The translations under genes were made by a program, and so were the position numbers. Under the pieces are notes generated by a model. The model saw nothing but the letters and a program-made list of their open reading frames with translations, ran no database searches and was not told the DNA's origin. A stretch of DNA of 64,000 nt. Origin: Candidatus Fervidifonticultor sextus. GTDB taxonomy: Bacteria > Sysuimicrobiota > Sysuimicrobiia > Sysuimicrobiales > Humicultoraceae. The stretch is taken from NCBI GenBank assembly GCA_031459875.1, contig JAVKHQ010000005.1, positions 1 through 64,000 on the forward strand, written 5' to 3'. Positions 10,353-20,520 of this stretch are shown here, piece after piece. How positions within the stretch are numbered: the first letter of the stretch is position 1; each line of letters opens with the position of its first letter.

Positions 10353-11063
10353 ATGGACAGACGGTTCGCCGGTGAGACTGACCGGGACCTCACGCCGATC
10401 CTGGGTGAACCCCCGGTCCGCGAGACGGTGAGCGCGGCGGCGTACCGGCGCCTCAGAGAGGCCATCTTGAGGGGAGAAGTCCCCATGGGGACCCGGATCA
10501 ACGAACTCGAGCTGGCCGAAGCCTGGCATGTCAGCCGCACCCCGATCCGGGATGCCCTGCGTCGCCTGGAAGCCGAGGGTGTCGTCGAGGCCGTGCCGGG
10601 CCGCGGCGTCGTGGTCCCCCGCCTGCAGTTGCGTGACGCCGATGAACTCTACGAACTGCGGGAGATCCTCGAGAGCCGGGCGGCGCGGCGGGCATCGGAA
10701 CGCTCGACCGAAGACCTCGGCCGTACGCTCAACATCCTCATCAAGGCCTTCGGCACCGCCCTCAAGCAGGGGGACCTGGCCAGGATGACCGCCATCGATG
10801 TGGAATGGCATGCCGCCGTCGCGGCAGCCTCGGGTAGCCGACGGCTCGAACGCGCCATCGACACCGTGCACGCCCAGGTCCATCCGATCCGCGCGCTGGT
10901 CTTTCGCGTCAGGGGCCGGGCCGCCAGGTCGTTGCGCGAGATGGCCAAAGTCACCGCCGCGATCCGCGCGCGTGATGCAGGTCGGGCCGAGGCGGCGATG
11001 CGCGAGCACCTGACCAGCGTGCGGGCGGAACTCGCCGAGGTCTTCCAGGCGTTAGAGGCATGA
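10353..11063 (+). CDS. GntR-family regulator (FCD domain)
   Basis: wHTH ELAEAWHVSRTPIRDALRRLEAEG; FCD features LYELREILE and AMREHL. Confidence 0.92.
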   Translation: MDRRFAGETDRDLTPILGEPPVRETVSAAAYRRLREAILRGEVPMGTRINELELAEAWHVSRTPIRDALRRLEAEGVVEAVPGRGVVVPRLQLRDADELYELREILESRAARRASERSTEDLGRTLNILIKAFGTALKQGDLARMTAIDVEWHAAVAAASGSRRLERAIDTVHAQVHPIRALVFRVRGRAARSLREMAKVTAAIRARDAGRAEAAMREHLTSVRAELAEVFQALEA

Positions 11064-11066
11064 GGT

Positions 11067-11075
11067 TGTTATAAT
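11067..11075 (+). promoter_or_regulatory. Extended -10 promoter for htrA
   Basis: TGTTATAAT, matching the TGnTATAAT consensus; AGGAGG at 11104-11109. Confidence 0.65.
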
Positions 11076-11116
11076 GGAGGGTGCAGCCTCAGCACCACGG
11101 AACAGGAGGCGTTGTC

Positions 11117-12316
11117 GTGTCCACGGACAGTCACCTGCCCAAAAGTTCCTGGGGATCGCGCGCGCTCGTCATGCTGGCCGTGATCGCGCTGGGCGGCGTG
11201 CTGGGCGGGGTGCTCGCCCCGAAGTACGGCCTGGTCCCCCCTGTCTGGACGGCCGGCGCGGCGCCGGGCCTCACGGCCGGCCTGGCACCCGGCGCTGCGG
11301 TCCCCTCCGGGCCGCCAGCCGCGCAGGCACCGGCCCCCCCGGTGGCGCCGCCCCGCGTGATCGAGTCCGAGGAGTCGGTCGTCATCCGGGTCGTGCAGCG
11401 CGCACGGCCCGCGGTGGTGAACATCAGCGTCCGGGCGCAGGTCGCCACGCCCTTCGGGCTCTTCCCCCAGGAGGGTCAGGGTTCCGGGGTGATCGTGCGG
11501 TCCGATGGCCTCATCCTCACCAACAACCACGTGATCCAGGGCGCCCAGGAGATCACCGTGACCCTGCTCTCGGGCCGCACGCTGCGGGGGCGCGTGCTCG
11601 GCGCCGACCGGTTCTCGGACCTGGCGGTCGTCAAGGTGGATGCCCCCCAGCCATTGCCGACCGTCGAGATGGGAGTCTCGGCGGCGCTCCAGGTGGGCCA
11701 GCTCGCCATCGCCATCGGCAACCCCTTCGGATTGGGCAGCACGGTGACCGTCGGTGTGGTCAGCGCGCTGAATCGCAGCATCGAGGCCAGCCGGGATTTC
11801 GTCGTGGAGAACCTGATCCAGACCGATGCGGCCATCAACCCCGGGAACAGCGGCGGTGCGCTGCTGGACTCGGGCGGCCGGCTCATCGGCATCAATACCG
11901 CCATCATCCGCCAGGCGCAGGGGATCGGCTTCGCCATCCCCATCGACCACGCCCGCATCGTGATGGATCAGCTGGTGGCCCAGGGCCGGGTTGTCCGCCC
12001 CGCGCTCGGCGTGGAGATCCGGGGCGAGATCGACGCCGCCACCGCGCGCGCCTACAGCCTCGCGGTGGATCACGGCGTGGTGGTCGTGCCCCAGCCCGGC
12101 AGCCCCGCCGACCGCGCCGGGCTGCGGCCCATGGACATCATCGTGTCCGTTGACGGGCAGAAGATCAGCACGATCGGAGACCTGCGCCGCGAACTGTTCC
12201 GCAAGAAGCCGGGCGACAGCGTGCAGGTCGAAGTGGTGCGCGAAGGCCGGCGGATGACCTTCACGGTGGTGCTGACGGAGCTGCGCAGCGATCTCGCCCG
12301 GTGGATCGTGGTGTGA
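11117..12316 (+). CDS. HtrA/DegP-like serine protease with one PDZ domain
   Basis: TNNHV, DLAVVK and [14 protein letters not shown]-terminal TM segment; GTG start chosen from the RBS. Confidence 0.94.
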   Translation: MSTDSHLPKSSWGSRALVMLAVIALGGVLGGVLAPKYGLVPPVWTAGAAPGLTAGLAPGAAVPSGPPAAQAPAPPVAPPRVIESEESVVIRVVQRARPAVVNISVRAQVATPFGLFPQEGQGSGVIVRSDGLILTNNHVIQGAQEITVTLLSGRTLRGRVLGADRFSDLAVVKVDAPQPLPTVEMGVSAALQVGQLAIAIGNPFGLGSTVTVGVVSALNRSIEASRDFVVENLIQTDAAINPGNSGGALLDSGGRLIGINTAIIRQAQGIGFAIPIDHARIVMDQLVAQGRVVRPALGVEIRGEIDAATARAYSLAVDHGVVVVPQPGSPADRAGLRPMDIIVSVDGQKISTIGDLRRELFRKKPGDSVQVEVVREGRRMTFTVVLTELRSDLARWIVV

Positions 12317-13287
12317 TCGACCGCGGCCTGATCCTCGACTTCGTGCGCGTGACCGAGGCGGCGGCCCTGGCCGCCGCCCACCACATGGGGCAGGGCGACA
12401 CCGAGGCCGCCGACGCGGCCGCCGTGGAGGCGATGCGCACGGCGCTGGCCGCGCTGGACCTCCACGGCATCATCGTCATCGGGGAAGGCGAGCGCGACGA
12501 GGCGCCCATGCTCTACATCGGCGAGGTCGTCGGCGGCGGCGGGCCGCTGGAGGTGGACCTCGCCGTCGACCCGCTGGAGGGCACCAACTTGGTGGCCAAG
12601 GGCGCACCGGGCGCCATCTCGGTGCTGGCCGTGGCCGAGCGCGGCGGCATCCTGCACGCCCCCGACATCTATATGGACAAGCTCATCGTGGGGCCCACCA
12701 GCGCCGGGCACGTGGACATCCGGGCGCCGGTGGAGGAGAACCTCGCCGCGATGGCCGCAGCGCTGAACCGCTCCGTGCGGGACCTGGTGATCATCATCCT
12801 GGACCGGCCCCGACACGCCGACCTCATCGCCCGGGTGCGGGCGGCCGGCGCGCGCATCAAGCTCATCCCCGACGGCGACGTCTCCGCCGCGATCGCCGCC
12901 GCGGTCCGGGGCACGGGGGTGCATGCCGTGATGGGCATCGGCGGCGCGCCCGAGGGCGTGCTGGCGGCGGCCGCGCTGCGCTGCCTGGGCGGCGAGATCC
13001 AGGGCCGGTTCTGGTTCCGCAACGACGAAGAACGCGAGCGCGTCCGGTCCATGGGGATTGCTGATCCCGATCGTGTCTTCGACACGAAGGACCTGGTGCC
13101 GGCGAACGATGTGGTCTTCGTGGCTACCGGGATCACCGACGGCGACCTCTTCCGCGGGGTCCGGTTCTTCGGCGGAGGAGCGCGCACCCACTCGCTGGTC
13201 ATGACGCGGCAGAGCGGCGAGATCCGCTTCGTGGACGGCATCCACCTCCTGGACCGGACCAAGGTGGGCGCGGTGCAACTGTCATGA
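12313..13287 (+). CDS. glpX: Class II fructose-1,6-bisphosphatase
   Basis: [27 protein letters not shown] and GGAPEGV; GTGA overlap with the htrA stop. Confidence 0.95.
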   Translation: MIDRGLILDFVRVTEAAALAAAHHMGQGDTEAADAAAVEAMRTALAALDLHGIIVIGEGERDEAPMLYIGEVVGGGGPLEVDLAVDPLEGTNLVAKGAPGAISVLAVAERGGILHAPDIYMDKLIVGPTSAGHVDIRAPVEENLAAMAAALNRSVRDLVIIILDRPRHADLIARVRAAGARIKLIPDGDVSAAIAAAVRGTGVHAVMGIGGAPEGVLAAAALRCLGGEIQGRFWFRNDEERERVRSMGIADPDRVFDTKDLVPANDVVFVATGITDGDLFRGVRFFGGGARTHSLVMTRQSGEIRFVDGIHLLDRTKVGAVQLS

Positions 13288-13339
13288 CCCGGTCGGCCGC
13301 CCCGCGGCCGCAGCCCCCCATCGGCGGCCCTTCCCCCTA

Positions 13340-14959
13340 ATGAGTCCCGTCCGGCCCGGCCGGGACGCCCTCCGCGCGGCCGGCGGTCTCTGTCTGGTCG
13401 ACTTCGCCGGCCCCGAACCCTCTGCGCGGGTGGAGCGGCTCATCGCCGAGCACCACATCGCCGGCGTGGTGCTGTTCCGCAAGAACGTGGTCTCGGCCGC
13501 CCAGGTGGCCGAGCTCACCGACGCCATCCAGCGCCTGGCCCGTGCCGCCGGGGCGCCGCCGCTGTGGGTGGCGGTTGACCATGAGGGAGGAGCCGTCAAC
13601 CGCTTCGGCCTCGGCGCACCCGGAACGCTGGGCGCCCCGCCCTCAGCCGGTGCCCTCCCGGTCGCCGCGCCGGGCGTCACCCCCCTGCCCTCGGCGATGG
13701 CCCTCGGTGCCGCGGGTGAGACCCACCTTGCCCGCGCCGCGGGGGCCGTGGCCGGGCGCGAACTGCGTGCGATGGGGATCCACCTCAACTTCGCGCCCGT
13801 GATGGACGTCAACAGCAATCCGGCCAACCCCGTCATCGGCGCGCGGTCATTCGGCGAATCGCCGGATCTCGTGGCCCGCCTCGGGGTGGCCTTCATCGAG
13901 GGGATGCAGGCGGCCGGGGTCGGCGCGACCGCGAAGCACTTTCCGGGGCACGGCGACGCGACCGTGGATTCCCACCTGGCGCTGCCCCGGGTGGATCACG
14001 CCCGCGCGCGGCTCGACGCCGTGGAACTGCCGCCCTTTGCCGCGGCGGTCCGCGCCGGGGTGGGCGCGGTGATGAGCGCCCACATCACCTTCCCGTCCCT
14101 GGATCCCGACCGCGTCCCGGCCACGCTGTCTTGGGCGATCCTCACGGGACTGCTGCGCGAGCGGTGGGGGTTTGACGGGATCGTCTGCAGCGACTCGTTG
14201 AGCATGGGGGCGATCGCAGACTGCGGCGGCCCGGGAGCGGCGGCCGTGGCGGCCGTGCGGGCGGGATGCGACCTGCTGCTGGCCCTGGGTCCCGATGCGG
14301 TGCAGGACGAGGTGCTGGAGTCCCTGGCCCGCGCCATCGAGACCGGTGGCGTCTCGGATGCGCGCCTCGCCCAAGCCCGGGCGCGGCTGGGCCGGGCCGC
14401 GGCGCGCTGGCGGGTCGGTGCGCCACGGACGGACAGCCTCGCCGGGGTCGTCGGGGCCGGCGAGCACGCCCAGGTCGCCCGCCGCATCGCGGAGGCCGCG
14501 GTCACGCTGGTGCAGGACCGCGCCGGCGTGATTCCCTTAAGCGGCGGCCGGATCGGCGTCACCGCCGTCTCCGTGGGAGCCGGGGAACACGATCCGCCGG
14601 ACCTGGCGGCGGCGCTGCGCGGCCACCACGCCGCCGTGCGCACGCTCTTTGCACCCCAGGCCCCAGCGGAGGACTCCCTTCCAGAGATCGACTACCTCGT
14701 CGTCGTCACGTGCACGCGCGGAGGCCTGTCCTATGACCAGGTCAGGGTGGTGCGTGCCCTCCACAGCCGGCTCGGCGATCGGCTGGTGGTCGTCGCCGCC
14801 GGCGACCCCTACGACCTGATGCAGGTGCCTGAGGTCCCGGCCTACCTGGCCACGTACTCGCCCGACGCGCACAGCCTGGACGCCGCTGCCAGGGTGCTCC
14901 TCGGGCTCGTCCCGGCCCGCGGCCGGCTGCCCGTCACGCTGCCGCGAGGCCTGGGATGA
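13340..14959 (+). CDS. nagZ: GH3 beta-N-acetylhexosaminidase
   Basis: DHEGG, the NagZ signature KHFPGHG..VDSH, nucleophile region SDSL, GH3 C-terminal domain. Confidence 0.88.
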   Translation: MSPVRPGRDALRAAGGLCLVDFAGPEPSARVERLIAEHHIAGVVLFRKNVVSAAQVAELTDAIQRLARAAGAPPLWVAVDHEGGAVNRFGLGAPGTLGAPPSAGALPVAAPGVTPLPSAMALGAAGETHLARAAGAVAGRELRAMGIHLNFAPVMDVNSNPANPVIGARSFGESPDLVARLGVAFIEGMQAAGVGATAKHFPGHGDATVDSHLALPRVDHARARLDAVELPPFAAAVRAGVGAVMSAHITFPSLDPDRVPATLSWAILTGLLRERWGFDGIVCSDSLSMGAIADCGGPGAAAVAAVRAGCDLLLALGPDAVQDEVLESLARAIETGGVSDARLAQARARLGRAAARWRVGAPRTDSLAGVVGAGEHAQVARRIAEAAVTLVQDRAGVIPLSGGRIGVTAVSVGAGEHDPPDLAAALRGHHAAVRTLFAPQAPAEDSLPEIDYLVVVTCTRGGLSYDQVRVVRALHSRLGDRLVVVAAGDPYDLMQVPEVPAYLATYSPDAHSLDAAARVLLGLVPARGRLPVTLPRGLG

Positions 14960-16098
14960 CGGCCCGCTGCCAGGTGATCCAGGCCGGGACCCTGGTCCTG
15001 CCCGAGGGGGCCAGCGGCCCGGGCTTCGTCGTCGTCGACGGCGAGCGCATCGTCGCGGTGGAGCGCGGGCACCACCCGCACCCCGATCTCGACTGCGGCG
15101 ACCAGATCCTGGCTCCCGGATTTGTCGACCTCCAGGTCAACGGGGCCGCCGGCTGCGACTTCCTGTCTCCCACGGCAGAGGGCCTGGCCGCGTCCCACGC
15201 CTACCTGCTGCGCAGCGGGACCCTGGCCTACCTCCCCACGCTCATCTCGGCCCCCGAGGAGCGCCTCCGTGCCGCCCTCGCCTTCTTCGCCGGTCGCCTG
15301 CAGGATCCGGGACCGCCCCGCATCCTGGGCGTGCACCTGGAGGGACCGTTCCTGTCCCCGGCCCGGTCGGGCGCGCACCGTCCAGCCGATCTGCAGGCCC
15401 CCTCCCTCCAATGGATCGGCAGGCTCCTGGACGATTTCCCCGGGGTGATCCGGATGGTGACCCTGGCGCCAGAACTGGACGGCGCCCTGCCGGTCATCGA
15501 GCACCTCGTCTCCCGGGATATCGTGGTCGCAGTCGGCCACACCGACGCCACGTATGACCAGGCAACCGCGGCCTTCGCCAGAGGCGCACGGCTGGCCACC
15601 CACCTGTTCAACACCATGCGGCCCTACCATCACCGGGATCCCGGCGTGGTGGGGGCGGCGCTGGCGCACCCGGGCGTGACGTGCTCGATCATCGCCGATC
15701 TGGTGCACCTCCATCCCGCGGTGATCGGGCAGATCATCGCCCTCAAAGGACCGGACGCGACGGCGCTCGTCACCGACGCCATCAGCGCCGCCGGCGCCGC
15801 CGGCGCGGTCCTGACACTGGGCGACCGGATGGTCCGGGTTGCCGACGGCGCCCCCCGGCTGGAGGACGGCACCCTGGCGGGCAGCGTGCTGGCGATGAAT
15901 CAGGCGGTCCGCCACGTGGTGGGCCTGGGCAGACCGCTGGCCGAGGCCGCGCGGATGGCGTCGGCGACGCCGGCCAGGGTGCTGGGCCTGGAGCAGGGGG
16001 AACTGAGAGCGGGGAAGAGGGCGGATCTGGTCTTGCTGGACAGGACCCTGGCTGTCACCGGAGCGTTCGCAGGCGGTCGGCCGCTCCGCTTCACGTGA
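14956..16098 (+). CDS. nagA: N-acetylglucosamine-6-phosphate deacetylase
   Basis: PGFVDLQVNG, HLEGPF, VTLAPE, THLFNTM, VTDA and GTLAGS motifs. Confidence 0.94.
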   Translation: MTARCQVIQAGTLVLPEGASGPGFVVVDGERIVAVERGHHPHPDLDCGDQILAPGFVDLQVNGAAGCDFLSPTAEGLAASHAYLLRSGTLAYLPTLISAPEERLRAALAFFAGRLQDPGPPRILGVHLEGPFLSPARSGAHRPADLQAPSLQWIGRLLDDFPGVIRMVTLAPELDGALPVIEHLVSRDIVVAVGHTDATYDQATAAFARGARLATHLFNTMRPYHHRDPGVVGAALAHPGVTCSIIADLVHLHPAVIGQIIALKGPDATALVTDAISAAGAAGAVLTLGDRMVRVADGAPRLEDGTLAGSVLAMNQAVRHVVGLGRPLAEAARMASATPARVLGLEQGELRAGKRADLVLLDRTLAVTGAFAGGRPLRFT

Positions 16099-16108
16099 GG
16101 CGGTCTCT

Positions 16109-17353
16109 TCAGACGAACCAGATCAGGATGACCGCCCCGATCGCGATCATCACCAGACCCTGCCCCAGGCGGAGCTGGCGCTTGTGGGTGGCCATCCACC
16201 TGGAGAACTGCCCCACCACCCGGCGGTTGCCGATCACCAGCAGCAACGCCACCAGCGGCAGCACGAACATGACGTTGTAGACGATCAGGTACAGCAGGCC
16301 GGTGGCAAACGTCGTCTGGGCGGCCAGCAGGCCCAGGATGCCGACGTAGACGCCGCCGGTGCACGGGAACTCGCAGACCCCCACCAGGAAGCCGACCACG
16401 GCGGTCGCCGGCAGGGTGGCCCGGCGCATCCAGCGGTCTCGGGCGGCGGCACCCACCCTCGGCAGCGTCAGGCTCGGCCCCACGCCGTACCACAAGAAGT
16501 CCTTGATGTTCACCAGGCCCAGCACGATCATCAGGCCGGCACCGAGCCGCGCGAAGAGGTGCGGCACCCCCAATTGAAATACCTTGAGCAGCCCGAGCCC
16601 GATCCCCAGGTACGTGAGGTAGATCGCGCCGATGTACGTGAGGCCGAAGGCCAGCAGGTCGGTGCGGTGGCGCTGCAGCGTGAACAGGAACGCGACGAAG
16701 AGCAGCAGCACTGCGAACGCACAGGGGTTGACCCCGTCCAGCAGGCCGGCGGTGAGCACCATAGCGGCAAACGCCCGACTTCCGGGCACCGCAGCAGCCG
16801 GCGCAGGCTCAGGTGGCGGGAGGGCCGCCAGGTAGGTGGTGACCGGCTCGCTCAGCGGGTAGACGGCGGGCAGTCTGCCGGGCACCCAGACGGTGTAACT
16901 GGACGGCGGATCACCATGGGAGGCCATCTTGTCCTGCACGACCACAATCAGCCGGTAGCGATCCCGGTGCGCCGGGGCCAGCAGGTCCCTGATGAGGTGT
17001 CCCGGGACGTGCCCCTGGAGCACGATCCGGTCGCCGATGAAGATGGTCATGTGACCCTGCAGGTGCGGGGGGATTCCCAGGGCGGTGCTCCGGGCGACAA
17101 GTTCCCCGCGGTAGCGGCGCTCCAGGATGTAGTCGCGAAGGACGACCTCGCCTGCGCCGAGGTCTCGGAGCAGCGGGACCAGTTCGCGGTCGAGGTAGGG
17201 GACGCAGTCGTGACAGGCGCCGTTGAAGTAGACGGTGACCGGGGGGAGGTCCGCCGCTGGTGCGGACCCCGCGGCCCTCGCGGAGCCCGGGGTCGGGCCG
17301 AGGAGCAGGAATGCGACCAGGGCCAGAGCCATCCGGGCCACGATGCAGCGCAT
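16109..17353 (-). CDS. CcdA/DsbD-like membrane thiol-transfer protein with an N-terminal thioredoxin-like domain
   Basis: Signal peptide, CHDC motif; TM domain with DGVNPCA and CEFPCTGG. Confidence 0.78.
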   Translation of the reverse strand: MRCIVARMALALVAFLLLGPTPGSARAAGSAPAADLPPVTVYFNGACHDCVPYLDRELVPLLRDLGAGEVVLRDYILERRYRGELVARSTALGIPPHLQGHMTIFIGDRIVLQGHVPGHLIRDLLAPAHRDRYRLIVVVQDKMASHGDPPSSYTVWVPGRLPAVYPLSEPVTTYLAALPPPEPAPAAAVPGSRAFAAMVLTAGLLDGVNPCAFAVLLLFVAFLFTLQRHRTDLLAFGLTYIGAIYLTYLGIGLGLLKVFQLGVPHLFARLGAGLMIVLGLVNIKDFLWYGVGPSLTLPRVGAAARDRWMRRATLPATAVVGFLVGVCEFPCTGGVYVGILGLLAAQTTFATGLLYLIVYNVMFVLPLVALLLVIGNRRVVGQFSRWMATHKRQLRLGQGLVMIAIGAVILIWFV

Positions 17354-17778
17354 TACCTGGCCGTGGCCTCCAGCACCACGGCGCGGACCTCGACCTCGAT
17401 CTCCGGGGCGCGCACGTCGTTGGTGCGGAGGTAGACCGCGTGGCGTGCCGGACCGGTCTGGGGTCCGTGGGCGACCGGATCGAAGGTGATCGCCAGCCGC
17501 GCGGTGGCGCCGGGGACGAGTACGGTGGCATCGGCCTCCGCCGTGGTGCACCCACAGGACGAACTGATCGCCAGGATGTAAAGCGGCTTCCGACCCGCGT
17601 TACGCAGTTCGACGAATCGCGTGGACCGCTCCCGCAGGGGGCCGAAGTCCACCGCGGTCGTCTCAAGCACCAGCGCGGGACGCCCGCCCGCCGTCTGCCC
17701 GAGCCAGACCACTCCCGCCGCCACAACCGCGCCCGCGGCCAGGAGGGCGATCCGTGCCAGCGCGGCGCGCCGGGGCAT
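17353..17778 (-). CDS. DUF1573-like Ig-fold exported protein
   Basis: DFG...NAGRKPL.I.AISSSCGCT...PG motif; N-terminal hydrophobic anchor; TAATG overlap with the next gene. Confidence 0.8.
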   Translation of the reverse strand: MPRRAALARIALLAAGAVVAAGVVWLGQTAGGRPALVLETTAVDFGPLRERSTRFVELRNAGRKPLYILAISSSCGCTTAEADATVLVPGATARLAITFDPVAHGPQTGPARHAVYLRTNDVRAPEIEVEVRAVVLEATAR

Positions 17779-17792
17779 GGTCCCTCGCGCCC

Positions 17793-18380
17793 TCAGGGCA
17801 CCTGCGTCCCGGTCAGGCGGACCTGGGCGTGGGGCCGATGGGGGTCGTTGGAGTGGAGGATCACGAGGCGGTCGATGGGCCCGCGGTAGATCCCGTGGGC
17901 ATCGGGATCGTACTGGACGCGCAGCGTGGCCTGCTGGCCCGGGCCCAACCGCGCTGACCACCCCACCGGCCACTGGCCGTGGCCGCGCATCCCAAACCAC
18001 GGCCCCGGCCGGCCATTGGCGATCAGCGCGGCGCGCGTGCAGCCGCAGGAGGTTTCCATCTCGGTGATGACCAGATCGGCGCCGCCGGCGTTGGTGACCG
18101 TCAGGTCCACGGTGACGACCCCCCTGGCCTGGCTGACCTCGCCGAGTGGGTAGACCGGCGGAGAGACGCGCAGCGCAGGCTCCGACCCGGCCGCCCCCGC
18201 CTGGGCCGGGGGAGCCAGGTCGGCTCGGGGGGTGGGAGACGCCCCCGGCCAGCGCGACGCCACCAGGTATCCGCCCGCCATCGCGATGACGGCGGCCGCG
18301 GCGCCCAGCCACAGGCCGCGCCGGCCCCCTCTGCGGTGTCGGGAAGACGGCCTGCGGGCCGATGGCGTTCGTCGGCTCAT
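17793..18380 (-). CDS. DUF1573-like Ig-fold membrane-anchored protein
   Basis: NAGGADLVITEMETSCGCT and SNDP; GAGGTG RBS before ATG 18380. Confidence 0.8.
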   Translation of the reverse strand: MSRRTPSARRPSSRHRRGGRRGLWLGAAAAVIAMAGGYLVASRWPGASPTPRADLAPPAQAGAAGSEPALRVSPPVYPLGEVSQARGVVTVDLTVTNAGGADLVITEMETSCGCTRAALIANGRPGPWFGMRGHGQWPVGWSARLGPGQQATLRVQYDPDAHGIYRGPIDRLVILHSNDPHRPHAQVRLTGTQVP

Positions 18381-18556
18381 CAGCGCACCTCGCATGGATG
18401 CTTACGTAGACGATACCCTGCCCTCCCTCGCCGGGGTATCAGGCGGAGACCGTATCGGACCCGCGCGTGGGGCAGGGGGACCCTCACGCGAGCGAGAATC
18501 CAAGAGGTTATCCTTGGGCCGGCGGACCCGGAAGCGCAGCTGAGGAGATCGCGGGC

Positions 18557-19507
18557 ATGCAGCGATATCTGGTGCGTCGCATCCTGATCACGTTCCCCAT
18601 CCTGCTGGGCATCACGCTCGTGACCTACCTCATCATGGCGCTGACGCCAGGCGATCCGGTCCAGATGCTCATCGATCCCTCCATGACCCAGGCCGACGTG
18701 GAGATCAAGCGGCGGGCGTTGGGCCTAGACCAGCCGGTCTACGTCCGCTACGCCAGGTGGCTGGGGGAGGTGCTGCGCGGGAACCTGGGCTACTCGATCA
18801 GCAGCGGGGCGCCGGTGACCCGGCGGGTGGGCGAGCGGGTCGGACCGACGCTCACCTTGACCGGCACGGCCCTGGTCCTCTCCTACCTGATCGCCATCCC
18901 CACCGGCGTGCTCGTCGCCGCCCGGCGCTACAGGTCGGTGGACTACGCGGTGACGTTCCTGGTCTTTATGGGGATCAGCCTGCCCACGTTCTTCCTGGGC
19001 CTGGCGGGGATCTACGTCTTCGGGCTCAGGCTGCGCTGGCTGCCGGTGGGCGGGATGACGACCCTGGGCGGCGACGGCGGGCTCCTGGACGCCCTGCACC
19101 ACCTGATCCTGCCCGCGTCGGTGCTGGCGGTCGCCGGGGCCGGCGCGCTCACGCGCTACGTCCGCTCCAGCATGCTCGAGGTGCTGGGCCAGGACTACGT
19201 CCGCACCGCCCGGGCCAAGGGGCTGGTGGAGACCGTGATCCTGCGCCGCCATGCCCTGCGCAACGCCCTGATCCCGGTCATCACGCTGGCCGGACTCCAG
19301 CTCCCGGCGCTGCTCGCCGGCGCCGTGATCACCGAGCAGGTGTTCCAGTGGCCCGGCATGGGGCGGCTGACCATCGAAGCCATCAGCCAGCGCGACTACC
19401 CGGTGCTGATGGGCGTCACCCTCATCACGGCCGTGCTCGTCGCGCTGGGGAATCTGTTGGCCGACGTCGCCTACTCCGTGGTGGATCCGCGCATTCGGTA
19501 TGAATGA
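18557..19507 (+). CDS. Peptide ABC permease (DppB-like)
   Basis: PGDP, DYVRTARAKGL and DPRIRY. Confidence 0.92.
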   Translation: MQRYLVRRILITFPILLGITLVTYLIMALTPGDPVQMLIDPSMTQADVEIKRRALGLDQPVYVRYARWLGEVLRGNLGYSISSGAPVTRRVGERVGPTLTLTGTALVLSYLIAIPTGVLVAARRYRSVDYAVTFLVFMGISLPTFFLGLAGIYVFGLRLRWLPVGGMTTLGGDGGLLDALHHLILPASVLAVAGAGALTRYVRSSMLEVLGQDYVRTARAKGLVETVILRRHALRNALIPVITLAGLQLPALLAGAVITEQVFQWPGMGRLTIEAISQRDYPVLMGVTLITAVLVALGNLLADVAYSVVDPRIRYE

Positions 19508-20468
19508 GGGCCTTTCCCCTCAGGTGCGCTACCCGCGCGGCGGGACGACGCTGGCTGCGGGCTCCGGCCACCGTGCGACCTCCATTGCAGGCTCCGCCGC
19601 GCCTGTCCCGTCGCCGGCGGTATCCTACTGGACGCTGTCGCTCCGGCGGTTCCTGCGCCACCGCGTGGCGGTGGCCGGGCTGGTGATCCTGGTCCTCCTG
19701 ACCGCCATGGCCGTTGCCGCGCCGCTGCTGGCGCCCGCCAGCCCCACGGCCATCGACGCCACCGCCTTCCAGGCCCCTCCGTCTCCCCTGCATCCACTGG
19801 GGACCGACAGCGTGGGACGCGACGTGCTCAGCCGTCTGATCTTCGCCGCGCGGGTGTCCCTCACCGTCGGGTTGCTGGCGGTGGGGATGTACGTGGTCAT
19901 CGGGACGGCCGTGGGGGCGGTGGCCGGGTACTACGGGGGGACCGTGGACCTGGCGCTGAGCCGCCTGATGGACGTGGTGCTCTCGTTCCCGCCGCTCGTC
20001 ATCATCCTGTTCGCCGTCAGCGTCTTCGGCCGGCCGAGCCTGTGGAACGTCATCCTCGTCCTGGGGCTGCTCGGGTGGCCGGCGGTGGCCCGGCTGGTCC
20101 GGGGGCAGATCCTGACCCTGCGCCAGCAGGAGTTCGCGCTGGCCGCGCATGCCATGGGGGCCTCCGACGCCGCCGTGGTGCTCCGCCACCTGCTGCCCAA
20201 CGCCATGGCGCCGGTGCTGGTCGCGGCCACGTTCGGCACCGCCAACGCCATCCTGGTGGAGGCGGCCCTGTCCTTCCTGGGGTTGGGCGTCCAGCCTCCG
20301 ACCCCGTCGTGGGGCAACATGCTCACCGACGCCCAGTCCCTGACGGTCCTGGAGCGGATGCCCTGGCTGTGGGTGCCGCCGGGGTTCATGATCCTGATCT
20401 CGGTGCTGACCATCAATTTCGTAGGCGACGGGCTGCGGGACGCGCTGGACCCCAGCCTGAAGCTGTGA
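19500..20468 (+). CDS. Peptide ABC permease (DppC-like)
   Basis: LGTDSVGRDVLSR, HLLPNA, PSWGNML and GDGLRDALDP. Confidence 0.92.
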   Translation: MNEGLSPQVRYPRGGTTLAAGSGHRATSIAGSAAPVPSPAVSYWTLSLRRFLRHRVAVAGLVILVLLTAMAVAAPLLAPASPTAIDATAFQAPPSPLHPLGTDSVGRDVLSRLIFAARVSLTVGLLAVGMYVVIGTAVGAVAGYYGGTVDLALSRLMDVVLSFPPLVIILFAVSVFGRPSLWNVILVLGLLGWPAVARLVRGQILTLRQQEFALAAHAMGASDAAVVLRHLLPNAMAPVLVAATFGTANAILVEAALSFLGLGVQPPTPSWGNMLTDAQSLTVLERMPWLWVPPGFMILISVLTINFVGDGLRDALDPSLKL

Positions 20469-20520
20469 GGCCAATGCCGGTGGGCGACACGTGCACCAAT
20501 CGAGAAGGGGGGAGGAGGAG

